From Oscillospiraceae bacterium (GTDB lineage Bacteria > Bacillota > Clostridia > Oscillospirales > CAG-272), in NCBI GenBank assembly GCA_015064445.1, contig SVSE01000002.1:224628-288627 (forward strand): a DNA stretch of 64,000 nucleotides, in the 5' to 3' direction. Shown one piece after another: positions 33,584 to 42,665 of the stretch (the first letter of the stretch is position 1; every line of letters starts with the position of its first letter). A program made the position numbers and the translations under genes. The notes below the pieces were generated by a model. The model saw only the letters and a program-made list of their open reading frames with translations, made no database searches and was not told where the DNA came from.

Positions 33584-34825
33584 ATGAAGCTCAGTATAGT
33601 CATTTGCGTTTGCAACACCAGCCGACCATATTTTAGAGAATGTCTTGAAGCTATCAGAGGCTCTACACTTTCATTCTCGGATTACGAAATTCTCGTTGTT
33701 GACGACGGTAGTGAGGTTGATTACTCCGACTTCGTTGACCAATATAAGCTTCGCTATGTCAAGACCGAAAATCGTGGAATTCTTGCAGCAAGAATGTACG
33801 CATTAAAGCTTGCAGAGGGCGACTACATACATTTCTATGATAGCGATGACTGCTCCTCGTTTAACTATCACGCGCCTATGCTTTTGAAGGCTGAGCGTGA
33901 GGGTGCCGACATCGTTATAAACGATTGGGCATTCTTGTCAGAAAGAGCTAAATATGTCTGCACAAGAGATACGACAATCAAGGGCGACCTATCCTACTCT
34001 GGCGATGATGTGCTTAAGGCATTCGCATCTCAATGTGGCAGAGAGCATGCATATTTCGTGCTTTGGAATAAGATATTCAAGCGTGAGGTTTTGCTCAAGG
34101 CTATAAAGGAAATCGAGGCGCTCGACCTTACCATGTGCCCTGTGCACTACTCCGAGGACGCACTCATTAACTTCTTTGCATTTAAGAATGCAAGAAGGCT
34201 CGTCAACATTCACACAGGCTACTATTTCTATCGTATCCACCCTCGTCAGAGCGTGAATGTTTCAAGCAAGGACAAGCTTATCTCGCAGGTAACCTCGATG
34301 ACAGATACACTTGGCGCTATGATGAACAACATAGGCGACAATGTACATAAGGAATACATTTACGACTGTATTCAAAGGTGGAATGAGCTTATGGCTCGCT
34401 CCCATTACTCATATGCGAAGGCGAAAAAGTATCTCGATGTTATTCCTTATATAAAGGAAAGATATGGTGTTGAAAAGCTTCGTGGCTCGACCTTTAAGGA
34501 CGGAAGCGCTTATACCAAAAATCGAATTCTCGCTGAAAACTTCGCCGAAATTGACTCTGCGCTTATGAGGCTCTTTAAGATGAGCGACACGCCAACCGAT
34601 GTCTGCTATGACAAAACTGACGATTATATTCGCTCTTCAGTTGAGCATATGTGTGAGCATCAGGGCAAGATTATCGCTTGGTCAAGGGATGCAAAAAATG
34701 TTATCCCCGAGGCAAAAATCTCGTTTAAAACGAAGTTTTTGCACAACCATATAGTTTATAGTGCCGGAATGATTCTTTTTAAAAAGGGCTCCAAAATCCG
34801 TGCGTTTTTAAAAAAAAGATTTTGA
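33584..34825 (+). CDS. family 2 glycosyltransferase
   Basis: LSIVICVCN...YEILVVDDGS and the YDSDD (DxD) motif. 413 aa. Confidence 0.8.
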   Translation: MKLSIVICVCNTSRPYFRECLEAIRGSTLSFSDYEILVVDDGSEVDYSDFVDQYKLRYVKTENRGILAARMYALKLAEGDYIHFYDSDDCSSFNYHAPMLLKAEREGADIVINDWAFLSERAKYVCTRDTTIKGDLSYSGDDVLKAFASQCGREHAYFVLWNKIFKREVLLKAIKEIEALDLTMCPVHYSEDALINFFAFKNARRLVNIHTGYYFYRIHPRQSVNVSSKDKLISQVTSMTDTLGAMMNNIGDNVHKEYIYDCIQRWNELMARSHYSYAKAKKYLDVIPYIKERYGVEKLRGSTFKDGSAYTKNRILAENFAEIDSALMRLFKMSDTPTDVCYDKTDDYIRSSVEHMCEHQGKIIAWSRDAKNVIPEAKISFKTKFLHNHIVYSAGMILFKKGSKIRAFLKKRF

Positions 34826-34845
34826 AAGGCAGATAACTGCCAAAG

Positions 34846-34872
34846 GCGCTTGACATAAATCAAGCGCTTTTT
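34846..34872 (+). terminator. intrinsic terminator after the GT2 gene
   Basis: GCGCTTGA-CATAAA-TCAAGCGC followed by T5. Confidence 0.7.
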
Positions 34873-34894
34873 CTAAAAAAAGGACATAACTTTT

Positions 34895-36712
34895 ATGAAC
34901 GAAAAGCAGAAAAATATAAGAAACTTCTCTATTATCGCGCATATCGACCACGGCAAGTCAACTCTTGCCGACCGTATTCTTGAATACTGCAATGCTGTTT
35001 CTAAGCGTGAAATGGAGGAACAGCTTCTTGACAATATGGACCTTGAGCGCGAAAGAGGAATTACCATCAAGGCGCGCGCAGTTAGAATTGACTACACGCA
35101 CACCGACGGTCAAGAATACACTCTCAACCTTATCGACACTCCCGGCCACGTTGACTTTAACTATGAGGTGTCGCGCTCGCTTAACGCGTGTGAGGGCGCG
35201 CTTTTAGTTGTTGACTCCACACAGGGAATCGAGGCGCAGACTCTTGCAAATGCTTATCTCGCAGTCGATGCCGACCTTGAAATTGTGCCTGTTATAAATA
35301 AGATAGATTTGCCAAGCGCTGATGTCGACAGAGTGCGTGCTGAAATCGAGGATGTTATCGGTATTATAGCCGAGGACTGCCCTGCTGTAAGCGCTAAAAA
35401 TGGCATCAATATAAATCAGGTTCTTGACGCAATCGTTGAGAAAATCCCTGCTCCAAAGGGCGATCCCGATGCGCCACTTAAATGCCTTATTTTCGACTCG
35501 TATTACAACGCATATCTTGGCGTTGTTGTTTATGTGCGTGTAATGGACGGAACACTTCGCACGGGCGATAAAATAAAGCTTATGAGCACAGGCGCAAGCT
35601 ACGATGTTGTCGAGGTAGGACACCTCAACGCATTCGGTCTTAAAAAGAGCGAGGAGCTTCGTGCTGGCGAGGTTGGCTACATTACCGCGAGCATTAAGAC
35701 AGTTAGCGAAACTCGTGTGGGCGATACTGTAACTAATGCGTTCAATCCTGCGTCCGAGCCACTTCAAGGCTTTAAGGAAGCACTCCCTATGGTTTATTCG
35801 GGAATTTATCCTGCCGACGGTGCAAGATACAACGACCTTCGTGATGCGCTTGACAAGCTCAAGCTTAATGACGCCGCGTTATCCTTTGAGCCCGAAACAT
35901 CTATTGCTCTTGGCTTTGGATTTAGATGTGGATTTCTTGGACTTTTGCATATGGAAATCATTCAAGAAAGGCTTGAGCGTGAGTTCAATCTCGATATTAT
36001 CACAACAGCGCCAAGCGTTATTTACAAAATAGAAAAAACCGACGGAACAACAATTTTTGTTGACAACCCGTCTAACTATCCACAGCCCGACACAATAAGC
36101 GTAGCCTACGAGCCAACAGTAAAGGCGAGCATTATCTCTCCTACTGAGTATGTTGGTGGAATTATGGATTTGTGTCAGGACAGGCGTGGTATTTTCAAGG
36201 ATATGAAATATCTCGACGCACAAAGAGTTGAGCTTCACTATACCTTGCCACTTAACGAAATCGTTTACGACTTTTTTGATGCGCTCAAGAGTCGCAGTAA
36301 GGGCTACGCCTCGCTCGATTATGAATTTGCTGGCTATGAGGCGAGCAATCTTGTTAAGCTTGACTTCCTTCTCAATGGCGAAATTGTCGATGCGCTTACA
36401 TTTATTGTTCATACCGAAAAGGCTTATCCAAGAGCAAGAAAGATTGCCGAAAAGCTCAAGGACAACATATCCCGTCAGCTCTTTGAAATTCCTATTCAGG
36501 CTGCAATCGGCTCAAAGATTATCGCGCGTGAAACCGTCAAGGCGCTTCGTAAGGATGTCCTTGCAAAATGCTACGGTGGAGATATAACAAGAAAAAAGAA
36601 GCTTCTTGAAAAGCAAAAAGAGGGCAAAAAGAAGATGCGCCGTCTTGGCTCGGTTGAGGTTACTCCTGAGGCATTTATGGCTGTCCTTAAGCTCGACGAT
36701 AGCGAAAAATGA
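34895..36712 (+). CDS. lepA: translation elongation factor 4
   Basis: [28 protein letters not shown] and NKIDL GTPase motifs, plus the LepA C-terminal domain. 605 aa. Confidence 0.95.
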   Translation: MNEKQKNIRNFSIIAHIDHGKSTLADRILEYCNAVSKREMEEQLLDNMDLERERGITIKARAVRIDYTHTDGQEYTLNLIDTPGHVDFNYEVSRSLNACEGALLVVDSTQGIEAQTLANAYLAVDADLEIVPVINKIDLPSADVDRVRAEIEDVIGIIAEDCPAVSAKNGININQVLDAIVEKIPAPKGDPDAPLKCLIFDSYYNAYLGVVVYVRVMDGTLRTGDKIKLMSTGASYDVVEVGHLNAFGLKKSEELRAGEVGYITASIKTVSETRVGDTVTNAFNPASEPLQGFKEALPMVYSGIYPADGARYNDLRDALDKLKLNDAALSFEPETSIALGFGFRCGFLGLLHMEIIQERLEREFNLDIITTAPSVIYKIEKTDGTTIFVDNPSNYPQPDTISVAYEPTVKASIISPTEYVGGIMDLCQDRRGIFKDMKYLDAQRVELHYTLPLNEIVYDFFDALKSRSKGYASLDYEFAGYEASNLVKLDFLLNGEIVDALTFIVHTEKAYPRARKIAEKLKDNISRQLFEIPIQAAIGSKIIARETVKALRKDVLAKCYGGDITRKKKLLEKQKEGKKKMRRLGSVEVTPEAFMAVLKLDDSEK

Positions 36713-37845
36713 GAAGCGTCGGTCTTTACATTCACATTCCCTTTTGCGCTCGCAAATGTAATTATTGTGATTTTTACTCGCTCGCTTGTGCAAAAAAGAA
36801 CAATTTAAGCGACTATGTGTCGATAATTTGCTCCCAAATTGAAAAGGAAGCTCATCTTTACAGGGATTGTATTTTTGATACAATTTTCCTTGGTGGTGGC
36901 ACTCCGTCGCTCCTTAGTGGAGAGGATATTATTCGCCTTTTTGATGCGATAAGGGCTAATCTTGCCGTGTCCGAGGACGCAGAAATTTCAATTGAGGCTA
37001 ATCCTGGCACAATTGATGAATCTAAGCTTAGCGCGTACAGGGTGTGTGGAATAAATCGAATAAGCATAGGGCTTCAATCCTCGCACGACAGCGACCTTTG
37101 CACACTCGGCAGAATTCACACTCTTGGCGAATTTGAAAAAAGCTATGCCTTAGTTAAGGGCGCAGGCTTTGAGAACATAAATATCGACATTATGTATGCG
37201 CTACCAAGCCAAAGTATTGAGGCTCTTGTCCAAACTGTGGACTATGTGGCGCACCTCAATCCCACACACATATCGGCATATTGCCTTAAAATCGAGGACG
37301 GAACTCCGTTTTCAAAAATGGAGCTCGATTTGCCAAGCGAGGACGCGCAATTTGATATGTATATGGCGCTTTGCAAGCGACTTTCCGCCTTGGGCTTTGA
37401 GCAATATGAAATAAGCAATTTTGCAAAAAAAGGCGCAAGATGTGTGCATAATCTCAAATATTGGCTCTCAAAGGAGTATGTCGGATTTGGTCCAAGCGCA
37501 CATTCATTTTTTGACGGTGTAAGATATTTTTACGATGATTCTCTTGACTCCTATATGAGCGCAATAAAGGACGGAGCACTTCCCGAAAAGCATATTGAGG
37601 AAATGTCTGCCCTGTCGGACGAGGAGAAGATGGACGAATATGTTATGCTCGCCCTTCGACTTTGCGACGGAATATCAAAAAAGGATTTTTCATCTCGCTT
37701 TGGTATCGAATTTGAAGACGCATATGAGATTCAAAAATACCTCGACAGTGGACATATCGCCTTCGATGGAGGAAGCTACCACTTCACCTCTCAGGGCTTC
37801 TTTGTAAGCAATTACATTTTGTCTAATATGCTCAAAACAATTTAA
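36709..37845 (+). CDS. hemW: radical SAM heme chaperone HemW (HemN-like)
   Basis: [14 protein letters not shown] CxxxCxxC motif and [12 protein letters not shown] overlap with lepA, the usual lepA-hemW arrangement. Confidence 0.85.
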   Translation: MRSVGLYIHIPFCARKCNYCDFYSLACAKKNNLSDYVSIICSQIEKEAHLYRDCIFDTIFLGGGTPSLLSGEDIIRLFDAIRANLAVSEDAEISIEANPGTIDESKLSAYRVCGINRISIGLQSSHDSDLCTLGRIHTLGEFEKSYALVKGAGFENINIDIMYALPSQSIEALVQTVDYVAHLNPTHISAYCLKIEDGTPFSKMELDLPSEDAQFDMYMALCKRLSALGFEQYEISNFAKKGARCVHNLKYWLSKEYVGFGPSAHSFFDGVRYFYDDSLDSYMSAIKDGALPEKHIEEMSALSDEEKMDEYVMLALRLCDGISKKDFSSRFGIEFEDAYEIQKYLDSGHIAFDGGSYHFTSQGFFVSNYILSNMLKTI

Positions 37846-37876
37846 GCAACCACCTCGGTTGCTTTTTCTTTTTTGT
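37845..37876 (+). terminator. intrinsic terminator after hemW
   Basis: AGCAACC-ACCTC-GGTTGCT followed by a T-rich tract. Confidence 0.7.
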
Positions 37877-37925
37877 GCAAACTACACAAAAATCAAACAC
37901 CCCCCCGATTTTTGTGCAATTTGCA
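37873..37925 (+). promoter_or_regulatory. imperfect palindromic upstream element with a central C7 tract (copy 2)
   Basis: Arms 37876-37894 and 37907-37925 are 17/19 complementary (core CACAAAAATC/GATTTTTGTG). C7 run at 37900-37906. TTGTGCAA at 37873-37880 and 37912-37919. The element abuts the -35 box. Confidence 0.6.
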
Positions 37926-37955
37926 TTGACACACGCGTGGATTTCGTGTTATTAT
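37926..37955 (+). promoter_or_regulatory. putative sigma-A promoter of LRR surface-protein gene 3
   Basis: TTGACA (37926-37931), 18-bp spacer, TGtTATTAT extended -10 (37947-37955). Confidence 0.55.
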
Positions 37956-38004
37956 ATATACATGTAACTATATGCCCGCGGGTGCTTACCCGTAAGGAGA
38001 AAAG

Positions 38005-41000
38005 ATGAAAAGGAAGATTCTACTCTTTATTGCTATTGTGTCAATATTGATTTGCGCGCTAGCGATGACCGTTTCGGCAAAGCACGAATATACCGAGCTT
38101 GACCAAAGCGCTCTTGCTAATCTCGATGTTAAAATCACACTGACAGATGGCACAACCGAATTTGATGCGACTGTCAAGTTTACCGATTTGTTCAACTACA
38201 CCTTGACAGCAAAAACCGAAAGCACAGCATACGCGCTCAAGCTTTCAGGAGTTAAGGACACCGTTACTATTGGTGAAACAACCTACACTCTCAAAAGCTC
38301 AATGACAGGAATTTATATTCCTGACGGTGTTACACACCTTAACGATAATTTTTTGAAGCAATACACTAACCTTTCAAAGGTATGCTTGTCCGACAGTATA
38401 GAAATGCTCGGCGACTGCGTATTTTACGGATGCGGAACTCTTTCTTTCGTTGATGAGAACGGAAAGCTTGATGCTTTTTTACCTGAGAATCTCGTTCAAA
38501 TAGGTAACAACGCAAACAACGAAGGCAACTCTCACTTTTTGAGCGCATGCACAGTACAAAATGATACTCTCGTTTTCCCCGAAGGAATAACCAAATTTGC
38601 AACTCAATATGCTTTCAATGACGGTTATAAGCAACAAAACGGTGTTATGAAGCTCGTATTCCTTGGAAAAATGACGCTTGTAAAAACCAACCACGCCCAA
38701 TCAAACTCAGGCTTCAAATTCTATTTTGCCAAAAACTCAGCAAGCGAGGCCCATATTCAGGCGAGTGGTTCATCCGTTGAAAGAGTTGAAACAAGACTTG
38801 TTAACGGAACTTGGGCTTACGCATACAGAAGCGCCATAAGTGGAGAGAGCTTAGCCACCGCCGTTGACAACACCGGAAAAACACTTGTCATCAACATCAA
38901 CAACAACGACCCGAACTCCACCGCATCCGCGGGCTCATATGATGAAAAGGACTGGCTCTATCAGTCAAGTAGCGCAATAACCGCATATTTCTGCTCGGGC
39001 GAGATGATTATGACCTTCCGTAACGGAGCATTCGGTTGGAAGGTTTACCGTTCCGACATAATAAAGGTGGACAACGCACATCCGTTTGCGGACAACGGTG
39101 TTACCGTTGAGCCTACCTGCACAATCGGTGGCGGAACAAGATATTCCTGTGCATTATGTGGCTCGTTTATCCGTCTTGATGACCAAACAGCCGACCCACT
39201 CGGACACGAATATACCGAAGATGACCTTATTTCCTCAACACCCCTTGATTGCTTGCAGGACCAAACAAAGACCTACAAGTGTCAAAGATGCGAAGAGGAA
39301 TTTACGGTTATCATTGCCGAAGCGCCCGGACACGATATGTCCATAATTTCTACTCCTCTTGAAGCAACATACACATCACTCGGTTTCAAGAGAATCGACT
39401 GTGCAAGCTGCGACTACTTTACCGAATACGAATACCGTCTTGACCCAGCCGGTGCTACAATGACAATCGTTTTGGAGGATGGAACAGAGCTTTCGGTTCT
39501 TGCCTCGTTGATTTTTGTATCAACCTTTAACGAGGAATCTCAAACGGCATCTATCACAGGAGTTAACACCTCGTTTACATATGGTGAAAAGACCTACAAC
39601 ATTAGCGACATTCGCAAAATTATCGTTCCTTTCGGCTTTAACCATGTTGGCTATCAATTTTCAAACAGTCGCGCAGTAGAGGTTTACGACTTCTCGCTCA
39701 CAAAGGATTTAATCATCGGAAACGGTGCATTCAGAGATAACCACCTCATTGAACAGGTTATTCTCGGTGATGGAACATCCCCTCAGCAAGATGCCTTCCG
39801 CGCACCCAGTAAGCTTGTTTCTATTGTAATCGCTGACGGTGCGACAATAGTCTTCCCTATCGGCGCAGATCCATTTTACGATAATAAAAATGTTCAAGAG
39901 TTTATTATCGGCAAGGGTGCAAATGTAAACTTTGCAAGAGAGGGTTTCAAGGGAACCATGAACTCTATTGCTAGAATTGTAATTGGCGACGGTGCGACTG
40001 TTAACTTTGCAAATAACTCGTTCAGCTGGCTTGCCGGACTTAAAACCTTTACAATTGGAAAGGGATGTAATGTAACCTTCGGAGTGAACAGCTTTGGAAA
40101 CAACCAAAACCTTGCCGAAATTATAATCGGCGATTCATCCACCGTAAGCTTCGGTCAGTATTCATTTACTAAACCGCTCAAACTCACCAACCTTAGCGTT
40201 GGCGAGAACTGCACTCTCTCATTTGGTCCAAATTCGTTTGGAGGCGCTACTGCACTTACAAGCCTTGCGTTTCCTGATAGCACTGCTTCAATCACCTTTA
40301 CAGGAGATGCTGCCTTCAAGGAGTGTACTCTTCTTGAAAGCGTTTACTTGCCATCGTGCGTTGCATCTCTTCGTAAACAAACCTTCCTGAACTGTACAGC
40401 GCTCAAAACCGTCACTCTTATGGGAGTTACCTCGATTGGTGACGAAGTATTTAAGCTCTACTCTTCAAATGATAGTATTCTTACAATCTACTCGCACGCA
40501 TCAGGCAATTTGACATTTCCTTCAAACGCGTTCAACAATAGAACAAATGCCGTTCTCTACACAATGAGTACAAATGTTACTTCACTTCCAACTGCCGCTT
40601 ATACTATCTATTCCGGCATTCCGCACGCACAGTATCTTGATAAGCTCGACCCTTCATGCACCGAAAACGGTTATGACGGCTATGCTACAAACTGTCCTTG
40701 CGGTAACATTGTAAGCAATGTAACATACACAATTTACGCAAACGATGCAGAGGCTACAACAGGAAGCTATGGCGACCATATAATTCTTGCAAATCTCGGT
40801 GGACACACTGACAAGATTCTTATTCTTTATGCTAACGGATTCGACGCAAGTGGCGAAAAATCAACCGTTTGTGGCGTATGTGATGAGATTTTGGTTGAGG
40901 CTGTAAGCGTAAAGCCTATCTTCGTTCACGAGGGCTATTCCTACAAGCTCAATGGCGAGATTACAGGAATCCAGAGCGCATTTACAGTAAATAAGGAAGA

Positions 41001-41421
41001 GCTTAAAGCTTACGAGGATGCAAGTGGAAAGAAGCTTTCCTTTGGTATGATTATTGCAAACCCAACCTACCTTGGCGACACATTCTTCACAAATGGTAAG
41101 GTAAATGCAGACAAGGGCGCAATTCAGGTTCAGGTTGACATCGGAGATTACTCTGTATTCTCCTGCTACATTTCAGGCTTCCAAAAGATTGACCCACAAG
41201 TAAATCTTGAGCTTGTAATTGCAGGCTATGTATACGAGGGCGACGATACAAGCTCGCTTAAGCTTATGCAAAAGACATACGAGGTTGGCGACGAGGCTCC
41301 TATTGTAAGTAAGGTTACAAAGGGCACTGACGTTCTTCACACCGTCAACATCGCAAATGTTAAAGCTCCTGTTGCTCTTCCAAGCGACATAAAGGAATTT
41401 GGCTCACAAGAGCAAGAATAA
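38005..41421 (+). CDS. large secreted BspA-type LRR surface protein, paralog 3
   Basis: Signal peptide MKRKILLFIAIVSILICALAMTVSA. Two LRR_5-like blocks. Three tandem Cys/His knuckle modules (about 39067-39447). C-terminal 166-aa module at 40921-41418 (FVHEGYSYKL...LELVIAGYVY...VTKGTDV). Confidence 0.8.
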   Translation: MKRKILLFIAIVSILICALAMTVSAKHEYTELDQSALANLDVKITLTDGTTEFDATVKFTDLFNYTLTAKTESTAYALKLSGVKDTVTIGETTYTLKSSMTGIYIPDGVTHLNDNFLKQYTNLSKVCLSDSIEMLGDCVFYGCGTLSFVDENGKLDAFLPENLVQIGNNANNEGNSHFLSACTVQNDTLVFPEGITKFATQYAFNDGYKQQNGVMKLVFLGKMTLVKTNHAQSNSGFKFYFAKNSASEAHIQASGSSVERVETRLVNGTWAYAYRSAISGESLATAVDNTGKTLVININNNDPNSTASAGSYDEKDWLYQSSSAITAYFCSGEMIMTFRNGAFGWKVYRSDIIKVDNAHPFADNGVTVEPTCTIGGGTRYSCALCGSFIRLDDQTADPLGHEYTEDDLISSTPLDCLQDQTKTYKCQRCEEEFTVIIAEAPGHDMSIISTPLEATYTSLGFKRIDCASCDYFTEYEYRLDPAGATMTIVLEDGTELSVLASLIFVSTFNEESQTASITGVNTSFTYGEKTYNISDIRKIIVPFGFNHVGYQFSNSRAVEVYDFSLTKDLIIGNGAFRDNHLIEQVILGDGTSPQQDAFRAPSKLVSIVIADGATIVFPIGADPFYDNKNVQEFIIGKGANVNFAREGFKGTMNSIARIVIGDGATVNFANNSFSWLAGLKTFTIGKGCNVTFGVNSFGNNQNLAEIIIGDSSTVSFGQYSFTKPLKLTNLSVGENCTLSFGPNSFGGATALTSLAFPDSTASITFTGDAAFKECTLLESVYLPSCVASLRKQTFLNCTALKTVTLMGVTSIGDEVFKLYSSNDSILTIYSHASGNLTFPSNAFNNRTNAVLYTMSTNVTSLPTAAYTIYSGIPHAQYLDKLDPSCTENGYDGYATNCPCGNIVSNVTYTIYANDAEATTGSYGDHIILANLGGHTDKILILYANGFDASGEKSTVCGVCDEILVEAVSVKPIFVHEGYSYKLNGEITGIQSAFTVNKEELKAYEDASGKKLSFGMIIANPTYLGDTFFTNGKVNADKGAIQVQVDIGDYSVFSCYISGFQKIDPQVNLELVIAGYVYEGDDTSSLKLMQKTYEVGDEAPIVSKVTKGTDVLHTVNIANVKAPVALPSDIKEFGSQEQE

Positions 41422-41425
41422 ATAA

Positions 41426-41455
41426 AAAATCGGCACTCAATCGAGTGTCGATTTT
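41426..41455. terminator. bidirectional terminator that overlaps the nth stop codon
   Basis: Stem CGGCACTC/GAGTGTCG (one G-U pair) with loop AATC, flanked by A6 and T4. The nth TGA at 41437-41439 lies inside it. Confidence 0.65.
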
Positions 41456-42102
41456 ATTTTACTTTTACAAAGTCCCTCGTTCCCAACAGGACACGCATCG
41501 CATTTAGGAGATCTGGCTGTGCAAATGTCTCTGCCGAACAATACAAGTCTATGGCAAAGGTCGCTTTGCTCCTTTCCCTCAACGAGCTCAGACATTATAA
41601 TTTCAGTTTTAAGAGGGTCCTTCATTCCCTCCTTATACATTCCAAAGCGCCCACAAATTCGCATACAATGTGTATCTGCCACGATTGCAGGCTTATTATA
41701 TAGGTCGCCAAGGAGAAGGTTTGCTATCTTTCTGCCAACGCCCTCAAATTTAAGAAGCTCATCCATTTCATCAGGAACAATTCCGTTATAATCACGGACA
41801 AGTCGTATGCTGGCATCCTTTAAATTCTTCGCCTTCATTCGATAAAGGCCACAGGGCTTGATAATTTCCTCGATTTGAGCAAGTGGTGCATCTGCCATAG
41901 TCTGTGCGCTTGGAAACGCCTTAAAAAGCTCCTTGCAAACGATATTTACTCTTTCATCAGTGCATTGTGCGCTAAGCCTTCCCATAACGAGAAGCTTCCA
42001 CGGATCGCCCTCGTATTCAAGCGAGCATTTCGCCTCTGGGTAAAGCCTCTTTAAGAGCTCCACAATGCGCGCCATTGCTTGTTTTTTGTCGTTTTTTGTC
42101 AT
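41437..42102 (-). CDS. nth: endonuclease III
   Basis: HhH-GPD core (LLKFEGVGRKIANLLLGD, VADTHCMRI) and C-terminal 4Fe-4S cluster CTARSPKCDACPV...C. Confidence 0.85.
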   Translation of the reverse strand: MTKNDKKQAMARIVELLKRLYPEAKCSLEYEGDPWKLLVMGRLSAQCTDERVNIVCKELFKAFPSAQTMADAPLAQIEEIIKPCGLYRMKAKNLKDASIRLVRDYNGIVPDEMDELLKFEGVGRKIANLLLGDLYNKPAIVADTHCMRICGRFGMYKEGMKDPLKTEIIMSELVEGKEQSDLCHRLVLFGRDICTARSPKCDACPVGNEGLCKSKIKSTLD

Positions 42103-42665
42103 ATAAGCTCCACTCCAAGCTCGCTTTTAAAAATCTCGGTTAATCGACACAGGGGCAGTCCTACTATGTTATAGAAGTCGCCGTCAATGCTCCTAACAAA
42201 CGCGCCTGCCATCTCCTGTATACCGTATGCACCTGCCTTATCATAAGGCTCATCACGGTCGATATATTTTTCGATTTCCTCACGAGAGATTTTTCTCATA
42301 TTAACATAGCTTGTCACGCTTTCAGAATAAAGCTTGTCGTGTGTGCGCACGCAAATTCCACTAACTACTGCGTGAGTATTATCGGAGAATTTTTCGAGCA
42401 TACGGATTGCGTCCTGACGAGATTTTGGCTTGCCCATAAGCTCGCCCTCGCAGATTACAACCGTATCAGCGCCTATTATTATCTCGTCCTGCTCCATTGG
42501 AACTGAAAGTGCCTTGCGCTCGGCAAGAATTTTTGGTATTTGGTCGAGGGGAGTGTCGTCAGAATAGCTCTCAGATGCACTTGAAACTCTCACATCAAAG
42601 CTATCGCAGACCATAGAAAGTATCTCGCGTCTTCTTGGTGACGCAGATGCAAGCACTATTTTCAT
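42099..42665 (-). CDS. maf: Maf-like nucleoside triphosphate pyrophosphatase
   Basis: IVLASASPRRREIL, GADTVV and DKAGAYGIQ motifs. Overlaps both flanking genes by 4 nt. Confidence 0.85.
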   Translation of the reverse strand: MKIVLASASPRRREILSMVCDSFDVRVSSASESYSDDTPLDQIPKILAERKALSVPMEQDEIIIGADTVVICEGELMGKPKSRQDAIRMLEKFSDNTHAVVSGICVRTHDKLYSESVTSYVNMRKISREEIEKYIDRDEPYDKAGAYGIQEMAGAFVRSIDGDFYNIVGLPLCRLTEIFKSELGVELI

